In this document: one piece after another, positions 45,913 to 59,911 of the stretch
Layout of the letters: every line of letters begins with the position of its first letter
Position numbering within the stretch: position 1 is the stretch's first letter
Source of the DNA: Hormiphora californensis
Lineage: Eukaryota > Animalia > Ctenophora
Direction: 5' to 3'
Length of the DNA: 64,000 nt
Assembly: GCA_020137815.1 (NCBI GenBank)
Contig: CM035350.1
Location: 3,472,001-3,536,000, forward strand
Notes under the pieces: generated by a model
Database searches by the model: none
Seen by the model: only the letters and a program-made list of their open reading frames with translations
Told to the model about the DNA's origin: nothing
Program-made: the position numbers and the translations under genes

Positions 45913-48900
45913 AGAGAGAGGGCGTGCAACCAACTAAACGGCTGTCGTTTCACTAGGTAGAGACTCCCTATATGGGGGCTTTTATGCTTTGCATGGCGTG
46001 GAGCCTATATAATACCGTAATCTGGGGTAACTTTGTTTTGCAGGGTAACTTTGGACACTTTCAAAATTTGGCTTTAGTCCAAAATTACCAACAGATAACG
46101 AGAGATTTGGAAAAAATTTTGGGTGTACAAGTAACTGACCCACAAATGTCTAACTAACGGTACAGTTATTTTTTCCAAGTCTATGCTAATTAGCTCCCAA
46201 TTAGGGTCAAACATAATTGATGTCAAAATCGCTAAAAATGTTCAAATCAAAATGGGTACCATAGATCTGACCGGGCAAATGATCGAATCAAGTTTGCTCC
46301 ATAGAGTGGAAGGGTTTCGATCAAATAATTCGGGGCACCATTTTTCAAATCCGACCAATTACTTTAATTGAGACTAATTGGGGTGGCTAATGTTACCCCA
46401 CCATATTTTGAATTTTGGGGTAACTTTGGACGGGGTGCCAAAGTTACCCCATACTACATTTTTTGAACTTTTGATGTCTGCAGAGTTGAGTTAAACCCTC
46501 TCTGACTTGTTTAGAACCATCTGACCAAGATTTAGCCCGATCCATGCCCATTTTCATTGATCTATTCACTAAGGTAGTAAAAAAACAGAATTAGTTCTAC
46601 TTTATGGAGCTAAATCATAGAAATCCGACCTGAAACCCATCAAACTTCAATAATTTGGGGTCCCTCATCCATTCTGTAGCTTGGTAGATGGTATTGACCC
46701 TCTAGGCGAGTCTATTAGTTCTTGTGGACATTCCATGCAGGAACACAGGCACCAAAACTCCTTTATTTAGCCAGTACCCATAAGTGTCCGGCCACTTCCT
46801 GACGGTCCAATTCAGTAAAAAGAACTAATACTACCGCCTAGGGGCCCAAGCAATACCACCTACCAAGCTAGAGGGTGGATGAGGGACCCCAAATTATTGA
46901 AGTTTGATATGTTTTAGGACGGTTGTTTGTGATTTAGCTCCATAAAATAGACCAAATCCTCGTTTATTCACTACATTTAGCGAGTAGATGGATGAAAACG
47001 GGTGTGGATTGGGCTGAATGTGGTCCTAAACAAGTCAGATAGGGTCTAAGGCAACTCTACAAACGCTCATATCGAAAACCTAAACATTTTATGTTCATTT
47101 ATTTATCATTGCAAAATGTGTCCAAAGTTACCCCACCCTCATTCCAAAGTTACCCCATGCCCTAAAACCCCACTTACACTAAAATACGTGTTAATTAATC
47201 TAATTAAATGAGACGGGACCAAAAATTTCACTAGTTATATCTGGTGTACTGGGTCTGGAACGGGATTATTTGGTTCAAAAATTTTTGAGTGTGGTTCTGG
47301 CAAGGAGTTATTTTAGGAGAATGCTAAAAAGTGGTACAAAGTTACCCCAACTTACGGTATATTCGCTTTAAGATTTAGCACAAAAATCAGTTAATTTCGG
47401 GCGGAGATCTCAATTTTATGCTGATTCTACTGCAAATGCACACACTTGTTTCTTTTCTCACTGGTACTGCACACACTGTTCACTTCTCACCACACAGCAG
47501 CTAGAAGCAGTGTCTATTATTATTCTGGGGGCTGTGGAGTTCAGGGCCGGTCAGCGGTAGCTATGGCAACGGGTGAGGAGAGTGCAGTGGATTTAGGGGA
47601 GGATCGTCTCACTGCCAGGGGAGTCTTGATTGGGGCACATCCCCGGGAGGGTGGATATAGGGTCGCTACGAGTCGCTGGGTGAATAAATGTGATCGGGTG
47701 ATTTCCTCTCTCACTTGTTTGATGAGTGCTGTCACTTCGCCGTCATCAATGGGCTTGCCGGTGTAGGCAGCGATTCCCGCCCTCAGCTCAGCGTGGGAGA
47801 GAGATCTGCGGGGAGGGAGAGGGTTAGATGGAGACAGAGATCTGTGGGGAGGGAGAGGGTTAGATGGAGACAGAGATCTGTGGGGAGGGAGAGGGTTAGA
47901 TGGAGACAGAGATCTGCGGGGAGGGGTTAGATAGAGACTATATTAGGTGGGAAATAGGGGTAGTTTAGATGCCACAACCACTATCTTTCACTGCAGAGAT
48001 GCAGTGGTAAAAAGTAGTTTGGTTGAACGTCATGGTATTAAAATTTCTCTAAGAGCTGAAAAAGTAGTTTTGCTGTCAAGGAACGAATCTTAACAATATA
48101 GCGTACAGACCCTGTTTCTTCAGTTTAAATATAAGACAACTGTTATACCGAGTCTTACATGAAACTGAGGAAACAGCTATTTTGTGCGGTAAAGACCTTT
48201 TTTTCAACTGTTCAAAGGACTTCTCCCCACTATATACCGCGACAAACCAACAAAAAGATAATTACCGACACAAACACAACAACATACTTGTTTCCATCCT
48301 TGTCGACGGAAGCGAAGAGAGATGCGACGGCTTTCTCACTGTCAGAGCTGTTGATGTCAATGCACAGGGCAAGGAACTCTTCGAAGTCGATGATTCCGTT
48401 CTTGTCCTTGTCGTACTGAAAACAAGAAGGGGGATTGCAGTGAGCGAGGACAAATTTGTTTATTACTTCTACTGAGCATATATCTATCTATATGTAACAG
48501 AGTGCCTGGGCTATCGCAAAACAATATCGCCGGCAATATGAGAAAGCCCCCCCCCGTCAGGAACTACTGCACAGGCAGGCTCACAGTATAAGTGGCGGGA
48601 CCGGGCAAGTACTGACTACTGCCATCCATACTACTTAGCATGAGCAGTAGTTTGGGCATGAGATTGGGCAATTAATCATTTCCATAATTTCATGCCAGTG
48701 CTCTGACCGCGGTTCTCGCACACCCTCCTATTTGAAAGAAATGAGAATAGGGTCAGGTCAATGCTCTTACAGTTTCCATCCCGAAATATCGATTTGAGAA
48801 CAAAAATTAATTTAAATATATTGCTCGTAGCTAGAAGGTTTAGTTCTGGCGGACCAAAAGTCTACTCGGAAAGACGGTCTGGAGTAACTGCAATTCTAAG

Positions 48901-49358
48901 AAAAGCGGAAGACTCATGAAGAGTCACTCTTCCGCTTTTCTTCGAATTGCGGTTTACAGCTGTTTGCGGTCTAGGTATATATTAGTTTTATACTAGTTTT
49001 ATTTGTCAAACCCACGAAGCCATTATTGTACTAGTAGACATGTGCTATAAGTATAGCTATTATAGCTAGCTCATGTCTACTTGTACCTATAATGGCTTCG
49101 TGGGTTCGACAAATAGTACCACCAATGAATATATAATAGTAGTACCACCAATGAATATTTTTCAAAAAGAAACGCAAGAAATTGTTGAGTAAACGTGGCT
49201 CACTGTACCTTGTCGAAGAAAGCTCGGACATCGGCCTCAGAGAACTTAGATCCAACGTTGGCCATTCCTTCCTTCAGCTCGTCGAAACTGAGGGTGTTGT
49301 CGCTGTTCTCATCAAAGAACTTGAAGAGGGCAGTGGCAGCGGCTTTATCGGCAGACAT
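45286..49358 (-). CDS. Four-EF-hand calmodulin-like protein (152 aa)
   Basis: Exons 49358-49209, 48415-48288, 47805-47715, 45375-45286 with consistent phases. EF loops DENSDNTLSFDE, DKDKNGIIDFEE, DKDGNKSLSHAE, DIDGDGEVSYSE. Confidence 0.9.
46015..47357. mobile_element. Non-autonomous pogo/Tc1-like DNA transposon in EF-hand gene intron
   Basis: TA-CCGTAA.TGGGGTAACTTTG ... CAAAGTTACCCCAACTTACGG-TA; repeated GGGGTAACTTTG subterminal sites; internal inverted repeat at about 46480-47060. Confidence 0.8.
47801..47930. repeat. 36-bp tandem repeat spanning the exon 3 splice acceptor
   Basis: GAGATCTG at 47801, 47837, 47873 and 47909. Confidence 0.9.
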
Positions 49359-50504
49359 TATAATAGAGCTCTAAGAGAGGGGAGTTAGGGGGTGAAACTT
49401 AGTATTAATAAACCTGGGTTATAAGTCTCCCTCGCTATGGGTTAAATGACAGATAGTGGTGAATTATTTGCACCCAATCGAGAGAGAGAGGAAGGGGAAG
49501 GGGATAAACTGTTAACTGTTTATCTTCACTGGCCAATACGTATGAATATTTTATCTGACATGACAGAATCTGTCGCATATAAAGCACTAACTAATCAAGT
49601 GGTTTACATATAATGCGATAATTTATGATATTATATGCGGGAGTTATTCAGTCGCCGGCCATTCAGCGGTGCATCTGACTGGTCCAGCGAGCTATCCATG
49701 ATCACGAGGAACGAATCTATCCTCTAGTAGAAACCAGGAAGCTAGTAGAGCAGTAATCAGAAACATGCAGTATCAACCATGCAGAGATCGAGAGAGAGGG
49801 GAGAGGGAAAGGCAGATGGTGCGAGATGAGAAACCCATAGATTAATCATTCACAAACATATTATTACGTTGGTCAGCTTGTTCAATAACCAACGTTACAT
49901 ATATCATCATATTGCCAGCAATGTGATATTGACAGGGTTATGTGAACAGATAGAAACAAGGCCATAACGAAGGAAGAGGAAGTGAGAGCCGATACCGAGA
50001 CAACTATGAGAGATCGAGAAACGAAAAAGCAATAGTGAAAATTAAAGTAGAGAAAAATCTTGGTTTTCCGGTTAATCAGGCACACAGCTGTGTGTGTGTT
50101 GCCAAGATTGCCATTAAATTCCGGCCGCCGCAGTGAGGCATGTCGCCTTCTTTAATTGGTATTCATTAAGAGAAAAAGACAGCAGGCCGTAGAGAAATGT
50201 AATGGGGGATATAGCTGGTAAAAATATGAAACAAGTTAAACAAGTTACTTTGCAAGGCTGCAAAGCTGTTGACACGGGGTTTAAAAGACGGCCAGCTTTG
50301 AATGGAAGCTCAGAAGGTCTAAGTAGAATATTTAAAATATGACCACACAATGTGAGATGTGTTCGTGACCTAACACGGGTGTCATGGAGGTCTATCTTCC
50401 GCTAAACGTTGTGGCAACTTATGAGGTACAATGTCTACTGGGGAAAATAGTACGTGTTTTGCTGACAGTATAGCAGCGAGATAATCGAGTTTGGTGAAAA
50501 ACGC

Positions 50505-50505
<1 letters not shown>

Positions 50506-50601
<96 letters not shown>

Positions 50602-50612
50602 CGCTCTCTCTC
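50506..50612. repeat. (CT)n microsatellite
   Basis: Direct run. Confidence 0.95.
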
Positions 50613-51579
50613 TTTCTTATAACTATATGTGGGATGAGTCAAATGAAGTGCATTGGCAGTCCTAGGGAAAGCATATGTTATATTGTCTCAGTGAGCTTTA
50701 TGAAAATTAGGGAGGCATCTTTCAGACATACAGACACAGAGACGTGGTAAATTTACACTGAAATTACAGAATGTGGGGTGTGGGGGTGTGATGCCATATT
50801 CTAACATGAGGTGTTATTGTAGAGTGAAGGTATGTTACGACATTACCATGCAGACTACTATTAGTATTGGGAAATTGAGAGAGTATAATGCCGATAAAAT
50901 GCTAGATCTAGAGAGTTTGACTATATAAAGGGGTTGCCCAGAGCCGTTATATTAGCTGACACACACACATGACAGTGACACGCCGCGAGAAGTGAAGTCT
51001 TGAGAAGTGAGAGCTGTTTAGTGGTAGTGTCGCGGTACAGATAGAGATGAAGTTCAGTGGAACCGGAAAAGTGCACCGTGGTGGTGGCGCAGCTTCATAA
51101 TGCAATCAGGGAGCGATAGGCTGATGCACGGAAAACAGTAATATGTTTAGGTGACATGGCAGAGAGAACCTAGGGGAGAGCAGTATAAGTTCATGCATTA
51201 GCCATGTAGTACGGTTTTTACTAAAACAGCTGGAAGGCGGACCTTTATCGAATAAGCAGTTGCAACATGTCTATATAGGATTAGGACTATAGTACGTGGA
51301 AGGAATGCTTTCTAGAGAATTAATGTAACTGTAAATAACATCAGCTGACGGTTGATAATATTTGAGGGTCCCATGAGACGCCAATATTATAGGTCACGGA
51401 GACCATACTAGGCGAAATACCATAGGGAATGAGAGTCGGCAGAACTTGGAATGTTTATTACTCATTTTTCATAGCTGCTAGAAATTTACACCTGGTATCA
51501 AGGCATTGCGGTCAATAAATGCAGTCGTATCGTGCGGTAAAAATATTTAGTCATTTCATTCGGCCAGTACAATCATATA

Positions 51580-52164
51580 GGTAGGCGGACTCTAGTGCTA
51601 ACGGACTCTTTATCTAAATTCAAGGCGAACTCTATATTTAAAAGCGGACTCTTTATCTACAGTTATACTTTGAAAAAAGCTTAGATAAAGAGTCTGCCCA
51701 ATGTAGACTTTTTAGACATTAGTCCTCCGTGTGTAGATTTTTTAGAGTTTAGACATAGAGTCCCCTGGTACATCTTGGCGCCAAATCCCCCAACCCGGAC
51801 TCTATGTCTAAAATCCTAAACCAATCCAAAACCTAACCCTTACCATAACCCTGATCTCGAACCCAAATAATGGCCCTAACACTTCTAAATTAGTATAGAG
51901 GTACAGCAAACTCTCGTTTCCGACTCAACAGCCGAAATCTCGAGTTCGCTGAGAATGGCGGACTCTATGTCTAATGTAGATTTATGTATAGATATAGAGT
52001 CCGCCCTTTGTAGACTTTTTAGATAAAGAGTCTGCCCTGTGTAGACTTTTTAGACATAGAGTCCTCCTAGAGTTTAGACTTATTTGGACTCTTTATCTAA
52101 ATCTAAATTTAGATATAGAGTCCACTGTTATAGACTTAGAATGTAGCACTAGAGTCCGCCTACC
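51580..52164. mobile_element. MITE with 21-bp TIR and 9-bp TSD (Mutator/Merlin-like)
   Basis: GGTAGGCGGACTCTAGTGCTA...TAGCACTAGAGTCCGCCTACC flanked by AATCATATA on both sides; internal AGAGTCC/GGACTCT repeats. Confidence 0.88.
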
Positions 52165-52571
52165 AATCATATATCAGACTGACACTACTTGCTGTTATAG
52201 TAACTGTACAATTTTCAACTTCGTCCATCATACTCTTTATTTCTCCCATTTCCCTTCAGAAGGTCAGGAAAGGAGGGGGAGGGAGCGGGGGGAGAGGGGA
52301 GACGAAGAGGAGACAGCGAGAGGAGAGGCGAAGGAGGGAGGAAAGGGGGGAGGAAAGAGACCGAGGGAGAGGGGAGAGGGAGACGAGAGCGAGAGAGTAG
52401 AGACGAGAGCAGAGAGAGAGAGCGAGAGAGACGAGAGAGAGAGAGAGAGAAGAGGAGGCTGAGAGAGAGATCGAGAGAGAGACGTTCGACTCGCGAGATT
52501 GGTGGCGAGCGGCGCCACGCGACTTCGAACTGCTAGCTGTCTCACGAGCGCTCGGAGTACTCGCGAATCTG

Positions 52572-52649
<78 letters not shown>

Positions 52650-52764
52650 CGCCCCAGCTTGAATTTACTGACACCCTTACTACTTATCAACCAGACATGC
52701 GATTATGCACTACAGCTGCAGCAGTAGTAACTTTGAGTGAACTACCTGACACCTAACCGTGAAT

Positions 52765-52841
52765 TTGGTAATGAAATTACCCCTCCGCTCTATATAATAG
52801 CTCACGGATATATATGCAATAATAGGGGATTTCATCACCAA
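52765..52841. mobile_element. 77-bp mini-MITE with 9-bp TSD
   Basis: TTGGTAATGAAATTACCCCT...AGGGGATTTCATCACCAA flanked by ACCGTGAAT; related ends at about 5061 and 8190. Confidence 0.75.
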
Positions 52842-55800
52842 ACCGTGAATTGTGCTCAACTCACTCAAGATAATATCCCAAACATGTTACATATATACCT
52901 TGCCTAAAACCACAAAACGAGATGGACAAGATGATCGGTGAGAATAGATTGATTCTGACACTAAATACCGATCACATCTTGGCCATATTGTTTTGTGGTT
53001 TTACAGGCAAGTACTACTGCAGGTAGCTTAGATTCTAAGCTAGATCACATCTTCTCAATTCACACACAGGAATACTCCACTAAGAATTACAAGTTCGCAA
53101 ATGATATAGTCTAGGAAGCTATGATATTAGAGGGTAGTGGGTAGGTAAATCGACTATTACTTATAGTACTACATTTACTAGTAGTAGTACACCATTTACT
53201 AACGGAATTGACCTGAAATTATAACGACGGAGCATGGGAACAGTGGCTTATACAGTTGAGACATTATCTCTCGATTTTCCTCCCATATTCTTTCGCTAAT
53301 ACTGTATCGATGGCCCTCGATTTCCCTCGCCTTCTTCTCTCTATTCATGTGGTTGTGAAGGATAAAATCAACCTACATTCTACAACTTAGACTTATCTTG
53401 AATGCAATTAATATGGAGAAACCGAAATACAGAAATACAGAAATATAATTGTAAAAACGAAGATTTGTCCGAGTATTAGTAATCGTTTCTGATGCTAGAA
53501 CTGGAGATTTCTATTTTTATGAATTCACTTATATCGTGCGGTTGGATCTGTGCACATGTGGTCGAGCAACTGAAGGGATTAACTTAAATTCTTCTTTTTC
53601 TTCTTTTCAAATATAGCCGTCATCTTACAAATTTATATTTATCATTTAACAAACAAGCGATAAGAAATATCTTGGCAGATCCGTGTATATCAAGCTGATA
53701 TATTATCAGGCTGACGTAAATCAGTGCATTTTCATGTCGCATTATAAACTGTCCAATCAACTGGTTATGTGACTTAATATGACCTTGTTGGATTTTATTT
53801 TTCTTAAAATAAAGATATAAATTGGATAGGCCAAGATATCATATGCTTATCATCTTATCACTTATCATGATCATCATGATGGTGATCGTCACCAACGTCA
53901 ATCACAAGCACTCGTTGCTTGGGAAGAGGCGGAGAGAAGGGGGAGAAGGGAAGAAGCGGAGAGAAGGGTAGAGAGGGAGATCGAGAGAAGGGAGAAGAGG
54001 GGCGAGGGAAGGGGAAGGAGGGAGGGGTCCTCAATAATTTTTCTCCTGCCTGGGTGAGTGCAGACACAGAAAAGTTTAATTGTATTTGAAAAGTTTAAGA
54101 GACATTGGACACAACAAGGAGAGGCCGTGTTTTGAATTAAATTGCCTCAGGCAATGCAGCTGTACAAAATTAAAATCATTCCTTCCCTGAAATCCTCAAG
54201 CATGTCCGACCCTGTCCATCACATGGGCGGTGATCTATATAATGTTAACCAAGTCTAGGGAGAAGGCTATCAAATTGCCTAGCCTGACTCTGTTTCGCAC
54301 GCCCGCTTTACACATGTAAAGGAGGGTTAGAACATAACAAGCTATCAAAATGGTCATCAAAAATCAAAGCAAAATGTCTTTGATGGATCATATTTGAACA
54401 ATTAATTTACCTGGTAAGGTAACACGGCAGAAATAAGGCCATGAAATTAGGACAGCAAAATTCGTTTTTACATTACAAATTGTGTGCTCTTCTTAGAGAA
54501 TAGGCGGCGTGTCGGACGTAGTGTCTCAATGAGAATCTCATGTGTGAAGAAAGCAAACAATCTGTGATGCACAAAGGGATTTGGCTATCCTAATTTTCTG
54601 GCCTTTTTCCCTGGAAGTTCTACTAGTACTTCTATCAGACAATCCACAGGCCAATGATTCTAATTCAACTAAAGAACAAGTTCATTTGTTGACTTTAGAA
54701 AGATTGAGACACTATCATTTATTGTAGGATAATCGACGAGTATTAAAAATTTGTCCCCGGTATGATCAAGATATAATTTAAAACTTTTAAAATCAATGCC
54801 CCATTCATTATGTGATCTCTATGTGGGAATTTTTCATATATACTAGCACCTCTACAGAGGAGGGAATTGGAAAATCCATAAAATAGTTTAGTCGCCTAAC
54901 ACTGTGTCCGTGCTTCGCAGTATGAACAATTCAATAAAATAAAGGAAAACTAGCAACCCGTATTCATTAGCTTTGTACAACTGTAAGCTTTGGAAATTCC
55001 ACGTACATATTGGAAGTTTTATGGTAACGGATATAATACTTGTTTTACAAATTATTTATCAAGTTCTTTTCAGGAAATAAAACCAAATTCTGGATCGGAA
55101 GGACGAAGGAAGGGGTATAGTGAATGAAGGGGGTGAAGAACAGCCTTTAAAACGTAAATCAGAAGAAGAATGGACTGCTTTAACCTGTTGTATACCTTTA
55201 CTTAGAGGAGAGAGTTGAGAGAGAGAATTGATTTCCAGCTATACATTGTCGATTTGAAACCACCGTGTGCAACTGCCTGCGAGAAAGTCATTCATTTTTA
55301 TATATGGAACCAATGAAAAGTTTCAGCATATCCAATTTTTATCATACTATTCAAGAAAACACAGTGACTTTTGGGGCTGTGGCATTGCCACCACAGTTGA
55401 ATTCTCTAACCAATTACCTTTCTGGTAGCAATGGCAAAGATGATAGTAGTCGCCATGGTAACGATACTGCTCCTTCATAAAACAAGATGTGATTCCTCTG
55501 CAGCGGCGGTGAACGGATACCTGAAGAGCTTTGCTGGAAAACGGTAAGTCTTATAGCATGTATAGTTGCCTAGCTAGACTGTGTTTCACGCGCATGTAGC
55601 TGAATACCAATTCATGGTTGGGATAATAATAATTCATAATGATAAGTGAGTGAGTGAGTGATATAATATGTTATGTTACGAATAAAATGATTCATTCTAA
55701 AAGAGACCTGTGTACAGTGTACACTGTACACGCTGAAATCCATGCTAACGGTTCCTACCATATCATAATTTGGCCACGTGGTACTAATTGGCATCAGTAT

Positions 55801-56306
55801 TTTTGAATCAGTGCTTGATTATTATTCCATGATTTTAAGGGACCTATAATTATGAGTGATATTATATTAGACAATTTTAACCGGTTATCTAAGTTTTCAC
55901 AGTACACCGTTTCCGGTGGTTAAAGTGTACTGTGAAATTTTAGACCACTGCAAAAACACTAGTAATTATAAAGTAAGATACCGCTGCAGTGGTATGTGAA
56001 AAATTAAACACTTTCTAGTCACACGCACACAGTGTGAACATTACGTCACTACACAGTACACACGCCCTAACTACTGCACACGCAACAGCACACGCTTATC
56101 TTTTCTTTCCCTCTGCGACATGTTGCAACTCTTCTAGGTCACGTGATCGTCACACACGCCCTAACCCTTATCTTTTCTTCCCCTCTGCAACTATAGGTCA
56201 CGTGATCGTCACGTGATGGCACCACCCCAATGAGCGGCCTGCATCTGCTTTCCCTCTCTGCCTTCGATTCTCTCTTTCCCTATCTCTCTCTCTCACACAC
56301 ATTCTC

Positions 56307-56376
<70 letters not shown>

Positions 56377-56431
56377 GCTCGCTCTATCTTTATCTCGTTC
56401 ACTCAGTTTGTTTCCAAAATCATCTAATAAA

Positions 56432-56703
56432 ATTAGATGACTGCTTTTACATGCTCTATTACACAACAATAATGTTAAAGATTCTTTCACTTTTAGGCCT
56501 CGCAGGCTCGGCCCAAAAGTACAACTACAGAGCTCGCAGGCTCGCTCAGTAGTTACACTTAGCGTGCCTCGCAGGCTCGGCAGCTAAGTAAAAGGATCTA
56601 CCTCGACCTGTCGGTCTCGGTTCATTATTGTTGTATTTAGAACACTCGGCCTTCGGCCTCGTGCACTAAAAAGTAATAGACCATTTTAACCAGTCATCTA
56701 ATC
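56432..56703. mobile_element. Short TIR element with CTCGCAGGCTCG core repeats
   Basis: ATTAGATGACTG...CAGTCATCTAAT termini; core shared with 58386-58656. Confidence 0.6.
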
Positions 56704-56960
56704 ATATAATGTGCTCGAGTGGTTTGGGCAGTCTAGTGTGATAGGGGCACTATAATGCAATATAATGGTATCAATATCAACATATTGTGACGCCAACTAA
56801 TTTAACAACGAATTAATTGTTCCGCACCGTGCTTTAATTGTTGCGTAACTTTGATTTCATTTCCAGATTATTTCACAACAAGTAACACGTCCTTTTTAAC
56901 TAACTTGTAGGTAGGTACTAACAATTATACCTCCCAAATACACATCCCTATCATGGGGTG

Positions 56961-57411
56961 GGTAAGCGGACTCTAGTGCTAAAATCACGAAAAGCGAACT
57001 CGAGATTTCGGCCGTTATACTCGTTTAGAAGTGTTACAGTCCGTCATACACATTTTTATTTGGAATTTTCATTTGGAATTTTCATTTAAAAACCATCCAC
57101 ACGCATGCACGTGCAAGCTTCAAACACAAGTTAGAAGCACGGGACCTTCACTAACTTATTTGTTTTGATCCAAGGATCACTTTAGTGAAGGTCCCATGGT
57201 TCTAACTTGTGTTTGAAGCTTGCACGTGCATGCGTGTGGATGGTTTTCAAATGAAAATTCCAAGTGAAAATTCCAAATGAAAATGTGTATGACGCCGCGT
57301 TAGGGCTGTTATTTGGGTTCGAGGTTAGGGGTAAGTGTAAAGGTTAGGGTTAGATATAGAGTCCTCCTTGGGTTTAGATATAGAGTCCGTTAGCACTAGA
57401 GTCCGCCTACC
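56961..57411. mobile_element. Second member of the GGTAGGCGGACTCTAGTGCTA family, carrying an internal palindrome of about 250 bp
   Basis: Same TIRs as 51580-52164; hairpin at 57042-57293. Confidence 0.8.
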
Positions 57412-57958
57412 ATCACACTTACTTAGTACTTACTTGCTTACGTTATACTGGAATGAAATGCTTAGGATTTAGCAATTACATATGTCCTTAAGCTTATCCC
57501 TATATGTATTTACTGTTTGACAGCTGTCTCTTGAATGAGTTTGTAATTCTCATATAATGAGAATTTATCTAATATTTATCTAAATAAGCGACGATTTTAA
57601 AGCGTTATATACGTGTCGTGAATGATCCCACTGCATGACTACCATAATCATATCATTGTAAAATTTTGAGATATAATATAATTCTTGATAATGTACTACA
57701 TTAACCGTAGTATTATGCACTATGCTGCAGGGACATCACACACACACATCACCCACACACATGATATATCGAATTCAGTGGATCGCTTGGTTACTTCCTT
57801 CGTTAAACAAGCATTGAAACTGGAGGGTTGGAGTAACTCATATACAGTGCGGCACATTAATGTGTTTGTATCTGATTTTTCGGAATGACCAGTTGGGCTA
57901 TTAAACAGTAATCACGACATATTAATTTAATATAATTCTTTAGGTAGCACTGCTTGTA

Positions 57959-58066
57959 CAACTTATAACACCCCCCAGTGTTATAAGTTTTCACTTATAA
58001 CACCCCCCAGTGTTATAAGTTTTCACTTATAACACCCCCCAGTGATACATGAAAACTTATAACACT
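57959..58066. repeat. 32-bp tandem repeat of a small hairpin (ACTTATAACAC-CCCCCA-GTGTTATAAGT)
   Basis: About 3 copies. Confidence 0.8.
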
Positions 58067-58385
58067 GCTGCACTTAGAAGTCCTTACTCCACTGTTTCTG
58101 TCACACTTAAAAACCGTTGGAAAGATAAGCGTGTACGAACTCCCTCTCTCTCTCTTTCTTTATGTCACACTCTCAAGCCACTGCAACACCGAGATCAAGA
58201 TAACAGTCACGAACTCCCAGACCCACACATTCTTTATCTCTCTCTCACTCTCGCTAATCTCTCACTCTCTTTACCTATAGATCTCAGGCGTTATCTTATC
58301 TCTGCCTGCTACCTTATCATGAATTCGTTCTATTGTTACGCCCTAAACTGTCTCTCACTCTTGTTTTAAAAATTTTACAATGCAT

Positions 58386-58656
58386 TTTTATTATGCCTAT
58401 TTTCGTTGTACCTGACGTCAACAATAATGTCCCAGATTCTTACACTTTTAGACCTCGCAGGCTCGGTCAAAAAGTAAAACTACATCACTCGCAGGCTCGT
58501 GAGGTAGTTACACTTAGTGGCACTCGCAGGCTCGTGCACTAAAGTACAAGAATCTGCCTCGACCTGTGGTCTCGGATCATTATTGTTGTACTTATAACAC
58601 TCGACCTTCGGTCTCGTGTTATAAGTTTTCAGGTACAACTTATAGGCATAATAAAA
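58386..58656. mobile_element. CTCGCAGGCTCG-core element, second copy with different termini
   Basis: TTTTATTATGCCTA...TAGGCATAATAAAA termini; internal sequence similar to 56465-56670. Confidence 0.55.
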
Positions 58657-59836
58657 TCCTACATATTTGTATCACAAGATAACCACTTAGCAGTGTGATG
58701 ATATAGAATCGACATATTCAGTGCATAGTATTTACAGGGGCGCATCAACCACTCTTGTCATGTGTCTTATATATCGATAATATCAAGCTGCTATACTGCA
58801 GCAAGAGCATAGTAGGCGTGATTTGATTGGCAGGTAAGGATCGGGGAGGGGGAGAGAGGGGAGAGAGATAGTCAAGAATAAGAGCTGTGAGAATAAGGAA
58901 AATGTAGAGGTGTCCAAAGCACCGAATTTTTCATGTGGGTGTTGAATTGCAGTACGTACGTCGTACAACACTTTTGATTGTTGAACACCTGTTGTTCCCG
59001 TGGTTATAACTATAGTGTACGTACTGCAGATAACATATCTTGTCCACGACATTGTAACAGTGCTCCAAATTAAAGCGTCCTCCACGACGTTTTTCTGACA
59101 CTAGCCTAGAGTTTTTGTTAAAATCTAATGCAATAGTTGTCTTTCTAATTCACTCTTTTTTCACACAAAATCACTGCCAGCTGTGACAAATAAGAGGTCA
59201 CTCGATTTTTTTGAAGTGTTCTGGAACTAAGGAAGACACGAGTTATTTTGGCACTGAAAATAAGTTTACCGTGTTCTGGAAAATATATGGCGCGGCTGCC
59301 ATCTGTTCAAATCCTTCTTTCAAGTTAGAAGTTGCAATATAATTATTGCTTTTTTAGTAATGCTTTCAATCTTCATTCTCTATAATAGAACAAACCCTAT
59401 TTTCGTTTCCGTTTGCATTATGAACTTTAAGATTTATTTATACTCGAGAAGTACGTATAAATCGAGTTGATAGGAGATAGAGAGGGACAGATATGGAGAG
59501 AGTTGGATTGTAGAGAGAGGGACATGAGAGATGCAGGGGACCCATGGGGAGAGATGGAGAGAGATATGATAGAGAGTCTGCGGAGTTGTCCCCCGGGTTC
59601 ATCAGCATGTGGGCAAGATTCGTGAGGAGGTCGTCGCTCCCACAATCATCTCGAGATCGCTAGGAGAGAGAGAGGAGTAGAGGATCGAGAGAGCGAGAGA
59701 GGATCGCAGGAGAGAGAGCGGGCTCTCTCGACTATAGCTCTATCTAGCTCTCCTCTTCTCTCTCGAGCTCTCTCTCTCTCTCTCGCTCTTTCTCTCTCGC
59801 CTCTCTCTCCCCCTCTCTCTATCTCTATCTCTATCT

Positions 59837-59911
<75 letters not shown>

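Noticed and set aside
45286-49358. EF-hand gene as a ctenophore photoprotein
   Set aside because: 152 aa with four intact EF loops and no Trp residues; photoproteins are about 200 aa with three functional EF hands and conserved Trp/His residues
51830-51885. CTAACCC telomere-like motifs (also 57298-57352)
   Set aside because: Scattered internal motifs of the GGTAGGCGG MITE family, not a telomeric array
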